This document shows positions 8,715 to 17,952 of a DNA stretch of 32,932 bases, piece after piece. This stretch comes from Candidatus Eiseniibacteriota bacterium (GTDB taxonomy: Bacteria > Eisenbacteria > RBG-16-71-46 > SZUA-252), in the NCBI GenBank assembly GCA_031370645.1, contig JANMQV010000057.1:1-32932 (forward strand). Reading direction: 5' to 3'. The notes under the pieces are model-generated. The model ran no database searches. It saw nothing but the letters and a program-made list of their open reading frames with translations, and had not been told where the DNA came from. A program made the translations under genes and the position numbers. Positions within the stretch are counted from its first letter, which is position 1; each line of letters begins with the position of its first letter.

Positions 8715-9599
8715 CTAACGGAGTAGGCGGGACAACCGGCGGTCCTTCAACGGCTTCCCCCCGGTCTGACAGCCGGGGCAATAAAAGGTTTCGTGATCGG
8801 CATAGGAGACGCGCGCCACCGTTTCACCGCAGCGGCCGCACCGATCGCCCGCGTGATCGTGCACGGCATAGTGCGCCACCGGCTCTCGTTGCGGGAGTTC
8901 CCCCGCCATCGACTCGCGAAGGAGCGCGGTCTGTCGCTCCAGCACCGCGAGCAGTGCGTCGTAGAGCCGCGCCCCCTGCTCGTCATCCGTACGGCCGGTG
9001 AGGGCCATCGGTGACAGACGCGCTTCGTAGAGAATCTCGTCCGAGAGGCCGTTCCCGACACCGCTCAGCGCACGCTGGTCCGTGAGGAAGGTCTTCAATT
9101 GCCGCGACTCGGCGCGCATGGCGCGCAGGAACTCATCACGGGAGAGTTCGCCGCGCGAGGGATCGGGTCCGACCGCGGCGAGTTCGGAAACCGCGTCGAT
9201 TTCCTCCGCGAGCCAGAGACGCGCGCGCTTCTCGGTCCCATGTTCCACCAGCCGCAATTCGCTACCGTCGTCGAAGCGAAAGCGCGCGGAGAGTTGCTTC
9301 GGACCCGGCCCCGCCTTCTTCGTCGCCGCGCGCGGCTTCCCCGTCGGAGGCGCCGCGATCTGAAGACGTCCGAGACGCATGAGGTGGATCACGATCGCCC
9401 GCCGCGATTCCGTTTCGAGCAAGACGTACTTCCCCTTCCGCGTCGGAAGGCTCAGATATTCGCCGTGGAAGGCGTCGGGCGCGGGGGCGGCGGTTTGAAG
9501 GAGGGCAGGTTGGCGAATGTCGAGCGATTCGATGCGGCGCCCCGCGATCCCTGCCGCGAGGTTTTCAACGAGGACTTCGAGGAACGGCAGTTCAGGCAC
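8715..9599 (-). CDS. Fpg/Nei-family DNA glycosylase/AP lyase
   Basis: N-terminal PELP, RKGKY, HLMRLGRL, H2TH motif LTDQRALSGVGNGLSDEIL, zinc finger CGRC...YCPGCQ. Confidence 0.93.
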   Translation of the reverse strand: MPELPFLEVLVENLAAGIAGRRIESLDIRQPALLQTAAPAPDAFHGEYLSLPTRKGKYVLLETESRRAIVIHLMRLGRLQIAAPPTGKPRAATKKAGPGPKQLSARFRFDDGSELRLVEHGTEKRARLWLAEEIDAVSELAAVGPDPSRGELSRDEFLRAMRAESRQLKTFLTDQRALSGVGNGLSDEILYEARLSPMALTGRTDDEQGARLYDALLAVLERQTALLRESMAGELPQREPVAHYAVHDHAGDRCGRCGETVARVSYADHETFYCPGCQTGGKPLKDRRLSRLLR

Positions 9600-9624
9600 G
9601 GCCGTGGTCGGCGTGCGCGTCGCG

Positions 9625-11595
9625 CTAGTCGAGGCGCGTCGCGACGATCAGTTTCGTGTGGAACGGCTCGCCGAGCGGTTTCACGAAACGGACGCCGAAC
9701 CGCTCCTGGGCCAGCCATTCCGAAACCTGATCCGAGGACCAGGCCCTTCCGTGCCCGAAGAGGGCAAACATCATCAGTGAGTGAAGCGCCACGGGAGCCT
9801 CGGGAGTGCTGCCTGCCTCGGGCATCACGCCATGCACGATGAGCGTGCCGCCGGGGCGGAGCGCTTCCCACGCGCGCTTCAGGATTCCGAAGACGTGTTC
9901 CTCGGACTCGGTCTGGATCACATTGGAGAGGAGCACCGTATCGACCGGTCCCGGGAAGGGATCGTGACGATAGTCGCCGGCGTGGAACTCGATCTGCTCC
10001 TCCAGGCCTTCGGCATGGAGAATGTCGCGCGCCACTTCAAGCGTCGGCGCGAGGTCGAAGAGATGCGCTTTGAGATCGGGCGTCTGCCGCGCATACGTCG
10101 CGGAGAAGATGCCCGAGCCGCCGCCGACATCGAGCAGACTCGAACCGGCGAGGAGCGGCGCCATCTGCACGAGGCGGAACGCCGCTTCGCGGCTTCCGGT
10201 GTGAACGGCGCGGATGTAGCGGCGAACCCGGCTCGAGTCGCCGTGGAGAATCGCGTCCCCCGTCAGCGGGTAGAGCGGCGATCCGTCTCGCACGCCGCGC
10301 GCCAACTCGCCCCAGGCGTGATAGAGGTCCATCGTCAGTTCAATCTGGCCGGTGGCATCACCGTCGACGCCGGGGACCAGGTAAGGCGCGAGATCGCGCG
10401 GCAAGACATAGGTCGGACCGTGGCGCTGGAGCGCGCCGAGCGCGACGAGCGCTTCGAGGAGCGCTCGAAGTCCGTGCGGATCGCTCGCGCACGCTTTCGC
10501 CAGATCCTCGGCCGTCTGAGGCCTACGGTAGATTTCGCTGAAGACGCCGAGCGAGTAGGCGGCCGCTAGCGCCGCGGTCGACTGGTATCCGAAGAGGAGT
10601 GAACGGATGCGCGCGAGCGGCGGCGTTTCGGGCGCCGGCACCGGATTCGGGGGTCCGAGTCCGGCGCTCGACGGCAGCGGTCGCTTGGGGATGTCGGAGC
10701 GCACGGGCCGCATCGGGCGCTCGGTCCGCTCGGGGCGGGCCGGGACGTCGGAGCGAACGGGAACGTCCGAACTAACCGGAGACTCGAACCGAGCCGGACG
10801 CGCCGGGCGATCGGAACGCGGTTCGAAACGTTCCTTCCGCTCGAAGCGATCGGGACGGGGCGCGCGATCGCGATCGGGGCGGAATCCCCCTTCGGGTCGC
10901 GGTCCTGAGAAACGCGATCCGCCGGGACGCGGTGCGCGATCGGGGCGAGGACCGCTGGTCGGGCGATAGCCCTGTCCGCCGAATCCGCTTCCTTCGCGCG
11001 CGGGCCGGTCGAAGCGGGCCGGGCGCGAGGGTCGATCGGAGCTCGGGCGCGGGCCGGAGCGCGGACCGGATGAGCTGGGGCGCGGACCGGATGAGCTGGG
11101 GCGCGGGCCGGATGAGCTGGGGCGCGGACCGGAACTGGGACGCGAACGAGGTCCCGTGGGTCCGCCCGGGCCTCCCTCACGCCGGAATCCGCCGCCCGGA
11201 GACGCGGGGCGCTCGTAGTGATTCCGCGGGCGCCGCGTGTCTTCGTATCGGGCGCCACGGCTCTTCTGACCCTGCTGGCGCTGGAGGTCCTTCATCGCCT
11301 CGAGTTCTTCGGGCGGGATGCGCGTGCCGTACTGCGGATGCTCTTTGGGTCCCGAGGGGCGCTGATAGGTGCCCGCGGGGCGCGGTCTGCCGGTGCCGCC
11401 TGCCGGGCGGGACATTCCCGATCCGCTCGAGGGACGCGGCCTGCCGGGCCCACCCGCCGGACGCGACATTCCCGAACCGCTAGAAGGGCGCGACCTCCCC
11501 GTCCCACCCGCAGGGCGCGGGCGATCGGAAGAGGAGCCGAACGAGGGCCGAGACTTGGGTCCCGGCTTCGGGCGCCGATTCGATGGGGGTGTCAT
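9625..11595 (-). CDS. SAM-dependent O-methyltransferase (dimerisation + Methyltransf_2 type) with ~325-aa low-complexity N-terminal extension
   Basis: C-terminal ~330 aa contain LGVFSEI...LRALLEALVALGAL, LLDVGGGSG, FDL, GDY and ALRPGGTL. The N-terminal R/P/G/S-rich region is in frame; the start codon is less certain. Confidence 0.8.
   Translation of the reverse strand: MTPPSNRRPKPGPKSRPSFGSSSDRPRPAGGTGRSRPSSGSGMSRPAGGPGRPRPSSGSGMSRPAGGTGRPRPAGTYQRPSGPKEHPQYGTRIPPEELEAMKDLQRQQGQKSRGARYEDTRRPRNHYERPASPGGGFRREGGPGGPTGPRSRPSSGPRPSSSGPRPSSSGPRPSSSGPRSGPRPSSDRPSRPARFDRPAREGSGFGGQGYRPTSGPRPDRAPRPGGSRFSGPRPEGGFRPDRDRAPRPDRFERKERFEPRSDRPARPARFESPVSSDVPVRSDVPARPERTERPMRPVRSDIPKRPLPSSAGLGPPNPVPAPETPPLARIRSLLFGYQSTAALAAAYSLGVFSEIYRRPQTAEDLAKACASDPHGLRALLEALVALGALQRHGPTYVLPRDLAPYLVPGVDGDATGQIELTMDLYHAWGELARGVRDGSPLYPLTGDAILHGDSSRVRRYIRAVHTGSREAAFRLVQMAPLLAGSSLLDVGGGSGIFSATYARQTPDLKAHLFDLAPTLEVARDILHAEGLEEQIEFHAGDYRHDPFPGPVDTVLLSNVIQTESEEHVFGILKRAWEALRPGGTLIVHGVMPEAGSTPEAPVALHSLMMFALFGHGRAWSSDQVSEWLAQERFGVRFVKPLGEPFHTKLIVATRLD
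11059..11133. repeat. 21-bp tandem repeat (~3.5 units) encoding PSSSGPR
   Basis: GCGCGGACCGGATGAGCTGGG at 11059, 11080, 11101 (1 mismatch) and partial at 11122. A looser 54-bp repeat (SSGSGMSRPAGG[T/P]GRPRP) lies at ~11371-11520. Confidence 0.9.
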
Positions 11596-11643
11596 GGGCG
11601 GATCGAACTCATGAGGATAGGGAGGACTCTACCATCGGCTGGA

Positions 11644-12093
11644 TCATCCGTCGAGCGCCGCGCGAACCAGGTCGCTGAGGGCCTTTCCGTCCGTGCGGCC
11701 GGCGGCGCGCCCCTGGGCTTCCTTCATGATCCGGCCGAAATCCTTGGCGCTCGTGGCGCCGAGGTCCGCGATCACCTGAGTCACGAGCGCCTTCGCCTCC
11801 TCGGGCGTCAATTGCTGCGGGAGGAACTCCTGGACGACCGCCAATTCGGCGCGGATCTGCTCGGCCTGCTCGGGACGGCCCAGTTTCTCGTACTCGGCGG
11901 CGGAATCGCGAAGCTTCTTCCCGTAGGCGCCGATCACCTGAATCACCTGGGGGTCCGCCAGGGTCTGGATCGAGGCATCCTTCTTCTTCTCGAGCAGGAT
12001 CTGGCTCCGCATCATGCGAAGCGTGCCGAGTCGGAGCTGCTGTCCCGACTTCAGCGCCTGCTTCATCTCCTCGTTCAAACGTTCTTCCAACAT
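11644..12093 (-). CDS. GatB/YqeY domain protein, 149 aa
   Basis: MLEERLNEEMKQALKSG...LRMMRSQI...EFLPQQL...GATSAKDFGRIMK...GRTDGK. ATG 12093 with GAGGA RBS. It is the C-terminal part of the spurious 926-aa ORF. Confidence 0.93.
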   Translation of the reverse strand: MLEERLNEEMKQALKSGQQLRLGTLRMMRSQILLEKKKDASIQTLADPQVIQVIGAYGKKLRDSAAEYEKLGRPEQAEQIRAELAVVQEFLPQQLTPEEAKALVTQVIADLGATSAKDFGRIMKEAQGRAAGRTDGKALSDLVRAALDG

Positions 12094-12172
12094 GGCGTTC
12101 CTCGGGGCGTCACGGGGCGGCCTTTCGGGCCGGGATTGGATCGCGGCGGCGGGTCTCGCCGTAAGGCGGCAA

Positions 12173-12202
12173 AGTATATCAGAATCTTGACATAGGGGCC
12201 AA
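12173..12202 (-). promoter_or_regulatory. Putative sigma70 promoter for the yqeY-like gene
   Basis: Minus strand TTGGCC-N18-TATACT with extended -10 (TGA-TATACT). Confidence 0.5.
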
Positions 12203-12215
12203 AACCGGACAAACT
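12187..12215 (+). promoter_or_regulatory. Putative sigma70 promoter for the ompA-family gene
   Basis: TTGACA (12187-12192)-N17-CAAACT (12210-12215). Confidence 0.5.
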
Positions 12216-12258
12216 CCCGCGATTCCTTCCCCACTGTCGGAATTCGGAGGCGTACCTC

Positions 12259-13755
12259 ATGGTCTCGTCGTTCACTCGGGCTGCTGTTCTGCCCGCCGTG
12301 GTCCTCCTTGCCCTCGTCGCCCCCGTTGCGTTCGGCGTCCCGCCGGCGCATGCCGTGGAGGAGCGCGCGTGGGTCTCCCTTCAGGGAGGCATCGCCGCGT
12401 TCGATCCCGAGCAAGCGCTCAGGGACAGTCCCGCGTTCGGCCTTCGGGGCTCGTATTTTCTGAACCGCTGGGTCGGCGTCGAAGGCCTCTTCGCGACGGC
12501 CTCCCCCGATTTCGAGCAGCCCGCTTCCGGAAGCGGATCGTTCACTCACTTCGGCGGCGGCCTCATTTTCACGCCCGACCGCGATCGCTGGGTTCTCCCC
12601 TATCTCTACGCCGGCCTCGGCTCCGCGAAGGCGGAAAACGTGAACGGCTCGAAGTCCTATAGCGCGATCCATGGCGGCGGCGGCGTGGTCGTCCGCGCCG
12701 GAGAGCGATTCGGATTTCGCCTCGACGCGCGCGACATCACCTACACGCAAGCGGGCGGCCCCGGCCGCGACACTCGCGTCAACACGATGATGTTCTCGGC
12801 CGGATTGACGGCCCTCTGGGGCGGCCGGCCGCGCGACACGGATGAAGACGGCGTCCCGGACAAGCGCGACGAATCCCCCGCCACGCCGCGCGGCGCGGTG
12901 GTGGCGGCGAACGGCACGCCGCTCGACGGCGACGGCGATGGCGTCTACGACGGACTCGATCAGCAGCCGACGACCCCGAAGGGCGCCGTGGTCGACGCCA
13001 TGGGCGTCTCGATCGACAGCGATAAGGACGGCGTGCCCGATGGTATCGACCAGTGCGCCGACACGGTCCCCGGTGTCGTGGTGGACGCGACCGGCTGCGG
13101 CGTCGACAGCGACGGCGACAAGATCTTCGACGGACTCGACAAGTGCGCCGATACGCCGGCCGGTTCGGTGGTCGACGCAAGCGGCTGCCCGCAGGACGAT
13201 GACGGCGACGGCATTCCCGACGGCATCGACATCTGCCCGAACACCACGCTCGGCGTGGCGGTGAACGCGGGCGGCTGCCCGATCGATCTCACGCAGCTCG
13301 AGAAAACGTTCCTCGAGGACTGGCTCCTTCGCTACTCGGCCTTCCCGTTCGCGCCCGACTCGGCGACGTTCAGCCCCGAGGGCGCGGCACGGCTCGACTC
13401 GGTCGGCGTGATGCTGACCCAGTGGCCGACGCTCAAGGTCGAGATCGGCGTCCACTGCGACGACACGCCGGAGCCCGGGTTCCGCATTCCGCTCACGAGC
13501 CTTCGGGCGCGCGCGGTGCTCCGCTACCTCCTGGCCAAGTATCCCAAGTTGAGCCAGAAGAGCATCTGGATCACCGGTTACGGCGATACCGATCCGATCG
13601 CGCCGAACACGTCGACCGCCGGACGCCTCTTGAACAATCGCGTCGACGTGAAGCTTCTGAACATGAACGTGCTGACGGCGGAGCGCGAAAGGCGTGCCTC
13701 GTTCGGCTCGACGCCGGCGCCGCCCGCGCCCGGTTTGACGCCGCGCATGCCGTAG
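12259..13755 (+). CDS. OmpA-family outer-membrane protein (beta-barrel + TSP3-like Asp repeats + OmpA-like C-domain)
   Basis: RBS GGAGG, signal peptide, barrel-like region (LPYLYAGLG, FRLDARD), five DxDxDGVxDxxD repeats, and C-terminal RARAVLRYL...GYGDTDPIAPN...NNRV. Confidence 0.9.
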   Translation: MVSSFTRAAVLPAVVLLALVAPVAFGVPPAHAVEERAWVSLQGGIAAFDPEQALRDSPAFGLRGSYFLNRWVGVEGLFATASPDFEQPASGSGSFTHFGGGLIFTPDRDRWVLPYLYAGLGSAKAENVNGSKSYSAIHGGGGVVVRAGERFGFRLDARDITYTQAGGPGRDTRVNTMMFSAGLTALWGGRPRDTDEDGVPDKRDESPATPRGAVVAANGTPLDGDGDGVYDGLDQQPTTPKGAVVDAMGVSIDSDKDGVPDGIDQCADTVPGVVVDATGCGVDSDGDKIFDGLDKCADTPAGSVVDASGCPQDDDGDGIPDGIDICPNTTLGVAVNAGGCPIDLTQLEKTFLEDWLLRYSAFPFAPDSATFSPEGAARLDSVGVMLTQWPTLKVEIGVHCDDTPEPGFRIPLTSLRARAVLRYLLAKYPKLSQKSIWITGYGDTDPIAPNTSTAGRLLNNRVDVKLLNMNVLTAERERRASFGSTPAPPAPGLTPRMP

Positions 13756-13769
13756 GCTTCGAAGGAAAA

Positions 13770-15161
13770 CTAAAGCGCGGCGACGGGCTCCACCGGCTTG
13801 AGTCGCGCGGTGAAGTGGCGCAAAACGGGGGCTTCGTAGGTGATACGAAGCCCCCGTAGCCGTTCCCGGCCGCGGAAGATCTCGATCACCGATTGCCCGA
13901 CGTAGCGGATCTGCTCCGAGGTGTACACACGGCGCGGAATGGCGAGCCGCACGAGATCGAGACGCGGGAGCACGGTCTCGCCCGTGATGGGATCGGCGTG
14001 GCCGAACATGAGCGCGCCGACTTCGACGGCGCGAATGCCGTAGTCGCGATAGAGTGCGGCGACGAGCGCCTGTCCGGGAAACTGATCGGGCGGAATATGC
14101 GGCGAGAAGTGGCGCGAGTCGATGTAGACCGCGTGTCCGCCCACGGGACGGACGATCGGGACGTCGGCGTCTTCGAGCATGCGGCCGAGCCCGCGCACCT
14201 GCGCGATCCGAAACGCGAGATAGTCCTCGTCCAGGACCTCCTCGAGCCCCCTCGCCATCGCTTCCAGGTCGCGACCCGCGAGCCCGCCGTACGTCGGAAA
14301 TCCCTCCACGCGGAGGAGGAGATTTGTGACTTTCTCGCGGAGCGTCGGATCGCGGAAGGCGAGGAATCCGCCGATGTTGACGAGTCCGTCCTTCTTGGCG
14401 CTCATGGTGCAACCGGCACCGCAATCGAAAACGGCGCGCGCGATCTCGCGGACGGACCGCTCGCGACAGTCGGGCTCGCGATCCTTTACGAAGAAGGCGT
14501 TCTCGGCGAAGCGGCAGGCGTCGAAGAAGAGCGGGATGCCGTGACGGTCGCAGATGGCCCGGACCGCCTGCGCGTTCTCGAGGGAAACAGGCTGCCCGCC
14601 GCCCGTATTGTTGGTGATCGTGATCATGACGAGAGGAATCTTCGCGCGACCGTGCTCGGAGAGAACCCGCTCCAACCGGGCGAGATCCATGTTCCCCTTG
14701 AAGGGATGCTCCTCGGCGGGGTCGTGGGCGGCTTCGATGACGAGGTCGAGCGCTTCGGCTCCCTCCGCCTCGACGTTCGCCCGCGTGGTATCGAAGTGAC
14801 TGTTGTTCGGGACAATCTGCCCCTTCGAGACGAGCGCCGAGAAGAGCAGATGTTCCGCGCTCCGTCCTTGGTGGGTCGGAATCACGTGCGGATAACCTGT
14901 GATTGCCTGGACCGTGCTCTGGAGATTGAAGAAGTTCCGACTCCCGGCATACGACTCGTCACCCATCATGAGCCCCGCCCACTGGCGGTCGCTCATGGCG
15001 GACGTGCCGGAATCGGTCAGGAGGTCGATGTAGATCGAGTCGGCGGGAACGGAGAAGATGTTCAAGCCCGCCTCCTCGATGAGCCGCGTCCGCTCCTCTC
15101 GCGAGACGTAGCGGATCGTCTCCACGACCTTGATTCGGAACGGCTCGGCGGGATAACGCAT
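13770..15161 (-). CDS. tnaA: Tryptophanase (PLP beta-eliminating lyase), 463 aa
   Basis: Start MRYPAEPFRIKVVE (ATG 15161), IDLLTDSGT, THQGR, PLP-Lys motif MSAKKD and RLAIPRRVYT. GIRAVEVG and LRHFTA favour tryptophanase over tyrosine phenol-lyase (GVRSMERG, LRFFTA). Confidence 0.88.
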   Translation of the reverse strand: MRYPAEPFRIKVVETIRYVSREERTRLIEEAGLNIFSVPADSIYIDLLTDSGTSAMSDRQWAGLMMGDESYAGSRNFFNLQSTVQAITGYPHVIPTHQGRSAEHLLFSALVSKGQIVPNNSHFDTTRANVEAEGAEALDLVIEAAHDPAEEHPFKGNMDLARLERVLSEHGRAKIPLVMITITNNTGGGQPVSLENAQAVRAICDRHGIPLFFDACRFAENAFFVKDREPDCRERSVREIARAVFDCGAGCTMSAKKDGLVNIGGFLAFRDPTLREKVTNLLLRVEGFPTYGGLAGRDLEAMARGLEEVLDEDYLAFRIAQVRGLGRMLEDADVPIVRPVGGHAVYIDSRHFSPHIPPDQFPGQALVAALYRDYGIRAVEVGALMFGHADPITGETVLPRLDLVRLAIPRRVYTSEQIRYVGQSVIEIFRGRERLRGLRITYEAPVLRHFTARLKPVEPVAAL

Positions 15162-15167
15162 GCAACG

Positions 15168-15195
15168 ATCATAAGAGGTTGCGCCTTCACTGCAA
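15168..15195 (-). promoter_or_regulatory. Putative sigma70 promoter giving a leaderless tnaA mRNA
   Basis: Minus strand TTGCAG-N16-TATGAT ending 6 nt before the ATG; no SD sequence present. Confidence 0.5.
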
Positions 15196-15288
15196 ATCAT
15201 CCTATGGTGGCAGTCGAATGGGCTACCGGAATCCCCACCGGACCCGGACCATTCGGGCTCCACTCGCCAGACGTTCCGGGGGGCATGT

Positions 15289-17952
15289 ATGGCGGATCAG
15301 GGCGAACATCGGTACGGATGGCTCGAGGCAGTCGCGCTGCCCCTCGTGGCGGCCGCCGCCAATTACGCCCTCGAGACGGCATTCCCCTCCATCGAAAGCC
15401 CCGTCTTCCCCTTCCTCGCGCTCGTCTTCGTCACCCTTCGCTATCCGAATCGGTTCGCCTGGATCTGCTTCGGCGTCACGCTCGTCGCTACCTCGATCGA
15501 GTCGTCACTCCCGGGCATCACGCGCGGGGCGCTTCCCGACGCGCTCGCCGATCTCGCCACCTTGGCCGCCGCGGGGATCATCGTCATCCGGGCACGCATC
15601 CGGCTCCACCGGCAGGAGGAGTTTGGGAGGGAGCAGCAGCGGCGGGAAGCTTCACGCTTCCACCAATTGTTGGCGAGCAGCCCCGACGGCATTTGGAGCG
15701 TCGACGGGGCGGGCCTCACCAAGGAAGTGAACCTGCCGATGGCCGCCATGCTCGGCTACCGGCCGCAGGAGATGATCGGAAGGCACTTCCTCGATTTCTT
15801 CGACGGCGAAGGGGCCCGGACCGCGGTCGAAGCGTTCGAGCGCGCGGTGAAGGGCGAACCGATCGCCTTCGAGGTCTCGCTGCGACGCAAGGACGGGAGC
15901 GAAGCCCACACCCTCGCCTCCACCCATCCCATCCTCGACGCGCAGGGGCAATTCGTGGAGGGGTTCGGCATTCTCCGCGATATCACGGTTCGCCACCGCG
16001 TGGAACAGGAGCGCCAGCAGGCGCTCTCCCTTGTCGAAGCGACGCTCGAATCGACGGCTGACGGGCTCTTGGTGGTAGACCGCGAAGGGCGGATCAAGCG
16101 ATTCAACGAGCGCTTCGCGCACCTCTGGCGCATCCCCATCGAAATCCTCGCGAGCGGCGACGACGAACGCGCCGTCGGCTTCGTCCTCTCCCAGTTGGAG
16201 GACCCCGAATTCTTCGTCGCAAAGGTACGAAAGCTCTACGCCACACCCGAGTCCGAGAGCTTCGACACGCTCCGCTTCAAGGATGGCCGCGTCTTCGAGC
16301 GCTACTCCCTCCCCCAGCGCCTGAACGGGGAGATCATCGGGCGTGTCTGGAGTTTCCGCGACGTCTCCGATCGGGTAAAGGCGATCGAGGAGCAGCGGCT
16401 CGCAATGGAACGCGAAGCGACGATCGCCACGAATCTCGACGCCGCGCTCTTCACCTGCGTGCTGAGTGAGGACGGGGTGATCCAGCGTTACGACTATGTC
16501 TCCCGCGGGGCCGAAGCGCTCTACGGCGTCTCGCGCGAGACGGTGGAAACCGATCCGGCCTTCTGGATCGCGCGCGTCCACTCCGAAGACATCGCCAACG
16601 TGGTCCGCCCAGCCTTCGCGCGGCTCGCGCAGCTCCAGCCCGCGGTCATCGAGGTTCGGTATCAATCGTCGCGCGGCATCCATCGCTGGCATCGGAGCCA
16701 TCTCTTCCCGCGACGCGAGGCGGACGGCTGCATCCACGTGGATGGGATCGAGGCCGACGTGACGGAACGCGTGAAACTGGAGGACCAGCTCCGCCACGCG
16801 CAGAAGATGGAAGCGATCGGACAACTCGCCGGCGGCGTGGCGCACGACTTCAACAACATCCTGACGGCCGTCATGGGGTACTCCGATCTCTTACTGGCGC
16901 GCCTCTCGCCCAGCGACCCCAACCGCCGCGCGGTGGAGGAGATTCGAAAGGGGGGCGATCGAGCCGCCGGCCTCACGCGGCAATTGCTGGCCTTCGGGCG
17001 CCGTTCGGCCACGCAACCGCGCCTCGTGGACGTGAACGCCGCGATCGGCGAGTTGGAGCCGATGCTTCGCCGCCTCGTGGGTGAAGACGTCTCATTCGAA
17101 CTCGCGCTCGCGCCGGCGCTGGGAAATATTCGGATCGATCCGACTCATTTCGAGCAGATCATCGTGAACCTGGTGGTAAATGCTCGCGACGCGCTCCCTT
17201 CGGGAGGCTTTATCCGGATCGAGTCGTCCATGACGAAGCGGCAGGACCTCCTGCAGGGTGGGACCGGGACCGGCCGATTTGTTCAGATTCGCTTCACCGA
17301 CACCGGCGTCGGAATTCCGCCGGACGTCCTCGGGCACATCTTCGAGCCCTTCTTCACGACGAAGGAAGCGGGGCGCGGGACAGGGCTCGGACTCGCTACC
17401 GTTTATGGGATCGTGCGTCAGCATCACGGGACGATCGAAGTGCGGAGCGAGGTGGGAATCGGAACGACCTTCGAGATCCTGCTCCCCGAAGTCGCCGGGG
17501 AGGAGGAAATCCGCGCGTCCTCGTTCGATGCTCCGGCCGGAGGGCGGGAACGAATCCTGCTCGTGGAGGACGATGCGGCGCTGGTGGCGCTCAGCCGGGA
17601 GATTCTCCGCGAACTCGGTTACGATGTTCTGACGGCGAGGACGGGGCGCGACGCGCTGGCGCTCCTCGAGCAGCGGCGCGGGGAGATCGACCTTCTCGTG
17701 ACCGACGTGGTCATGCCGGAAATGGGCGGGCGCGAATTGGCGCAGCGGGCACGGGAACTCTACCCGGCGCTTCGACTTCTCTTCGTTTCGGGGTTCGCGG
17801 GAGACATGCCGCCGCCGGTGGACGAGCGCTCCCCCGAGAATTCCTTCCTTCCGAAGCCGTATACGCCGATCACGCTCGCCCGAAAAGTGCGCGAGCTGCT
17901 CGACGCCGTTCCCGTGTCACGCTCCGGCGTCGAGCGCCCCGCCGCGCGGTAG
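15289..17952 (+). CDS. Membrane-bound hybrid sensor histidine kinase (TM region, 3 PAS, HisKA, HATPase, REC)
   Basis: H-box AGGVAHDFNNIL, NLVVNARDA, DTGVGI, IFEPFFTTK, GTGLGLA, and receiver motifs LLVEDD, TDVVMPEMGG, LPKPY. Confidence 0.95.
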   Translation: MADQGEHRYGWLEAVALPLVAAAANYALETAFPSIESPVFPFLALVFVTLRYPNRFAWICFGVTLVATSIESSLPGITRGALPDALADLATLAAAGIIVIRARIRLHRQEEFGREQQRREASRFHQLLASSPDGIWSVDGAGLTKEVNLPMAAMLGYRPQEMIGRHFLDFFDGEGARTAVEAFERAVKGEPIAFEVSLRRKDGSEAHTLASTHPILDAQGQFVEGFGILRDITVRHRVEQERQQALSLVEATLESTADGLLVVDREGRIKRFNERFAHLWRIPIEILASGDDERAVGFVLSQLEDPEFFVAKVRKLYATPESESFDTLRFKDGRVFERYSLPQRLNGEIIGRVWSFRDVSDRVKAIEEQRLAMEREATIATNLDAALFTCVLSEDGVIQRYDYVSRGAEALYGVSRETVETDPAFWIARVHSEDIANVVRPAFARLAQLQPAVIEVRYQSSRGIHRWHRSHLFPRREADGCIHVDGIEADVTERVKLEDQLRHAQKMEAIGQLAGGVAHDFNNILTAVMGYSDLLLARLSPSDPNRRAVEEIRKGGDRAAGLTRQLLAFGRRSATQPRLVDVNAAIGELEPMLRRLVGEDVSFELALAPALGNIRIDPTHFEQIIVNLVVNARDALPSGGFIRIESSMTKRQDLLQGGTGTGRFVQIRFTDTGVGIPPDVLGHIFEPFFTTKEAGRGTGLGLATVYGIVRQHHGTIEVRSEVGIGTTFEILLPEVAGEEEIRASSFDAPAGGRERILLVEDDAALVALSREILRELGYDVLTARTGRDALALLEQRRGEIDLLVTDVVMPEMGGRELAQRARELYPALRLLFVSGFAGDMPPPVDERSPENSFLPKPYTPITLARKVRELLDAVPVSRSGVERPAAR

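Noticed and set aside
11059-11133. CRISPR-like array
   Set aside because: Head-to-tail 21-bp units without spacers, in frame within a CDS; no cas genes.
11644-14424. 926-aa minus-strand ORF
   Set aside because: Only the last 149 aa (YqeY, own RBS) are real; the rest is antisense to the ompA-family gene and out of frame within tnaA.
13770-15161. Tyrosine phenol-lyase
   Set aside because: The N-terminus resembles TPL, but the specificity motifs (LRHFTA, no Arg in AVEVG) are tryptophanase-type.
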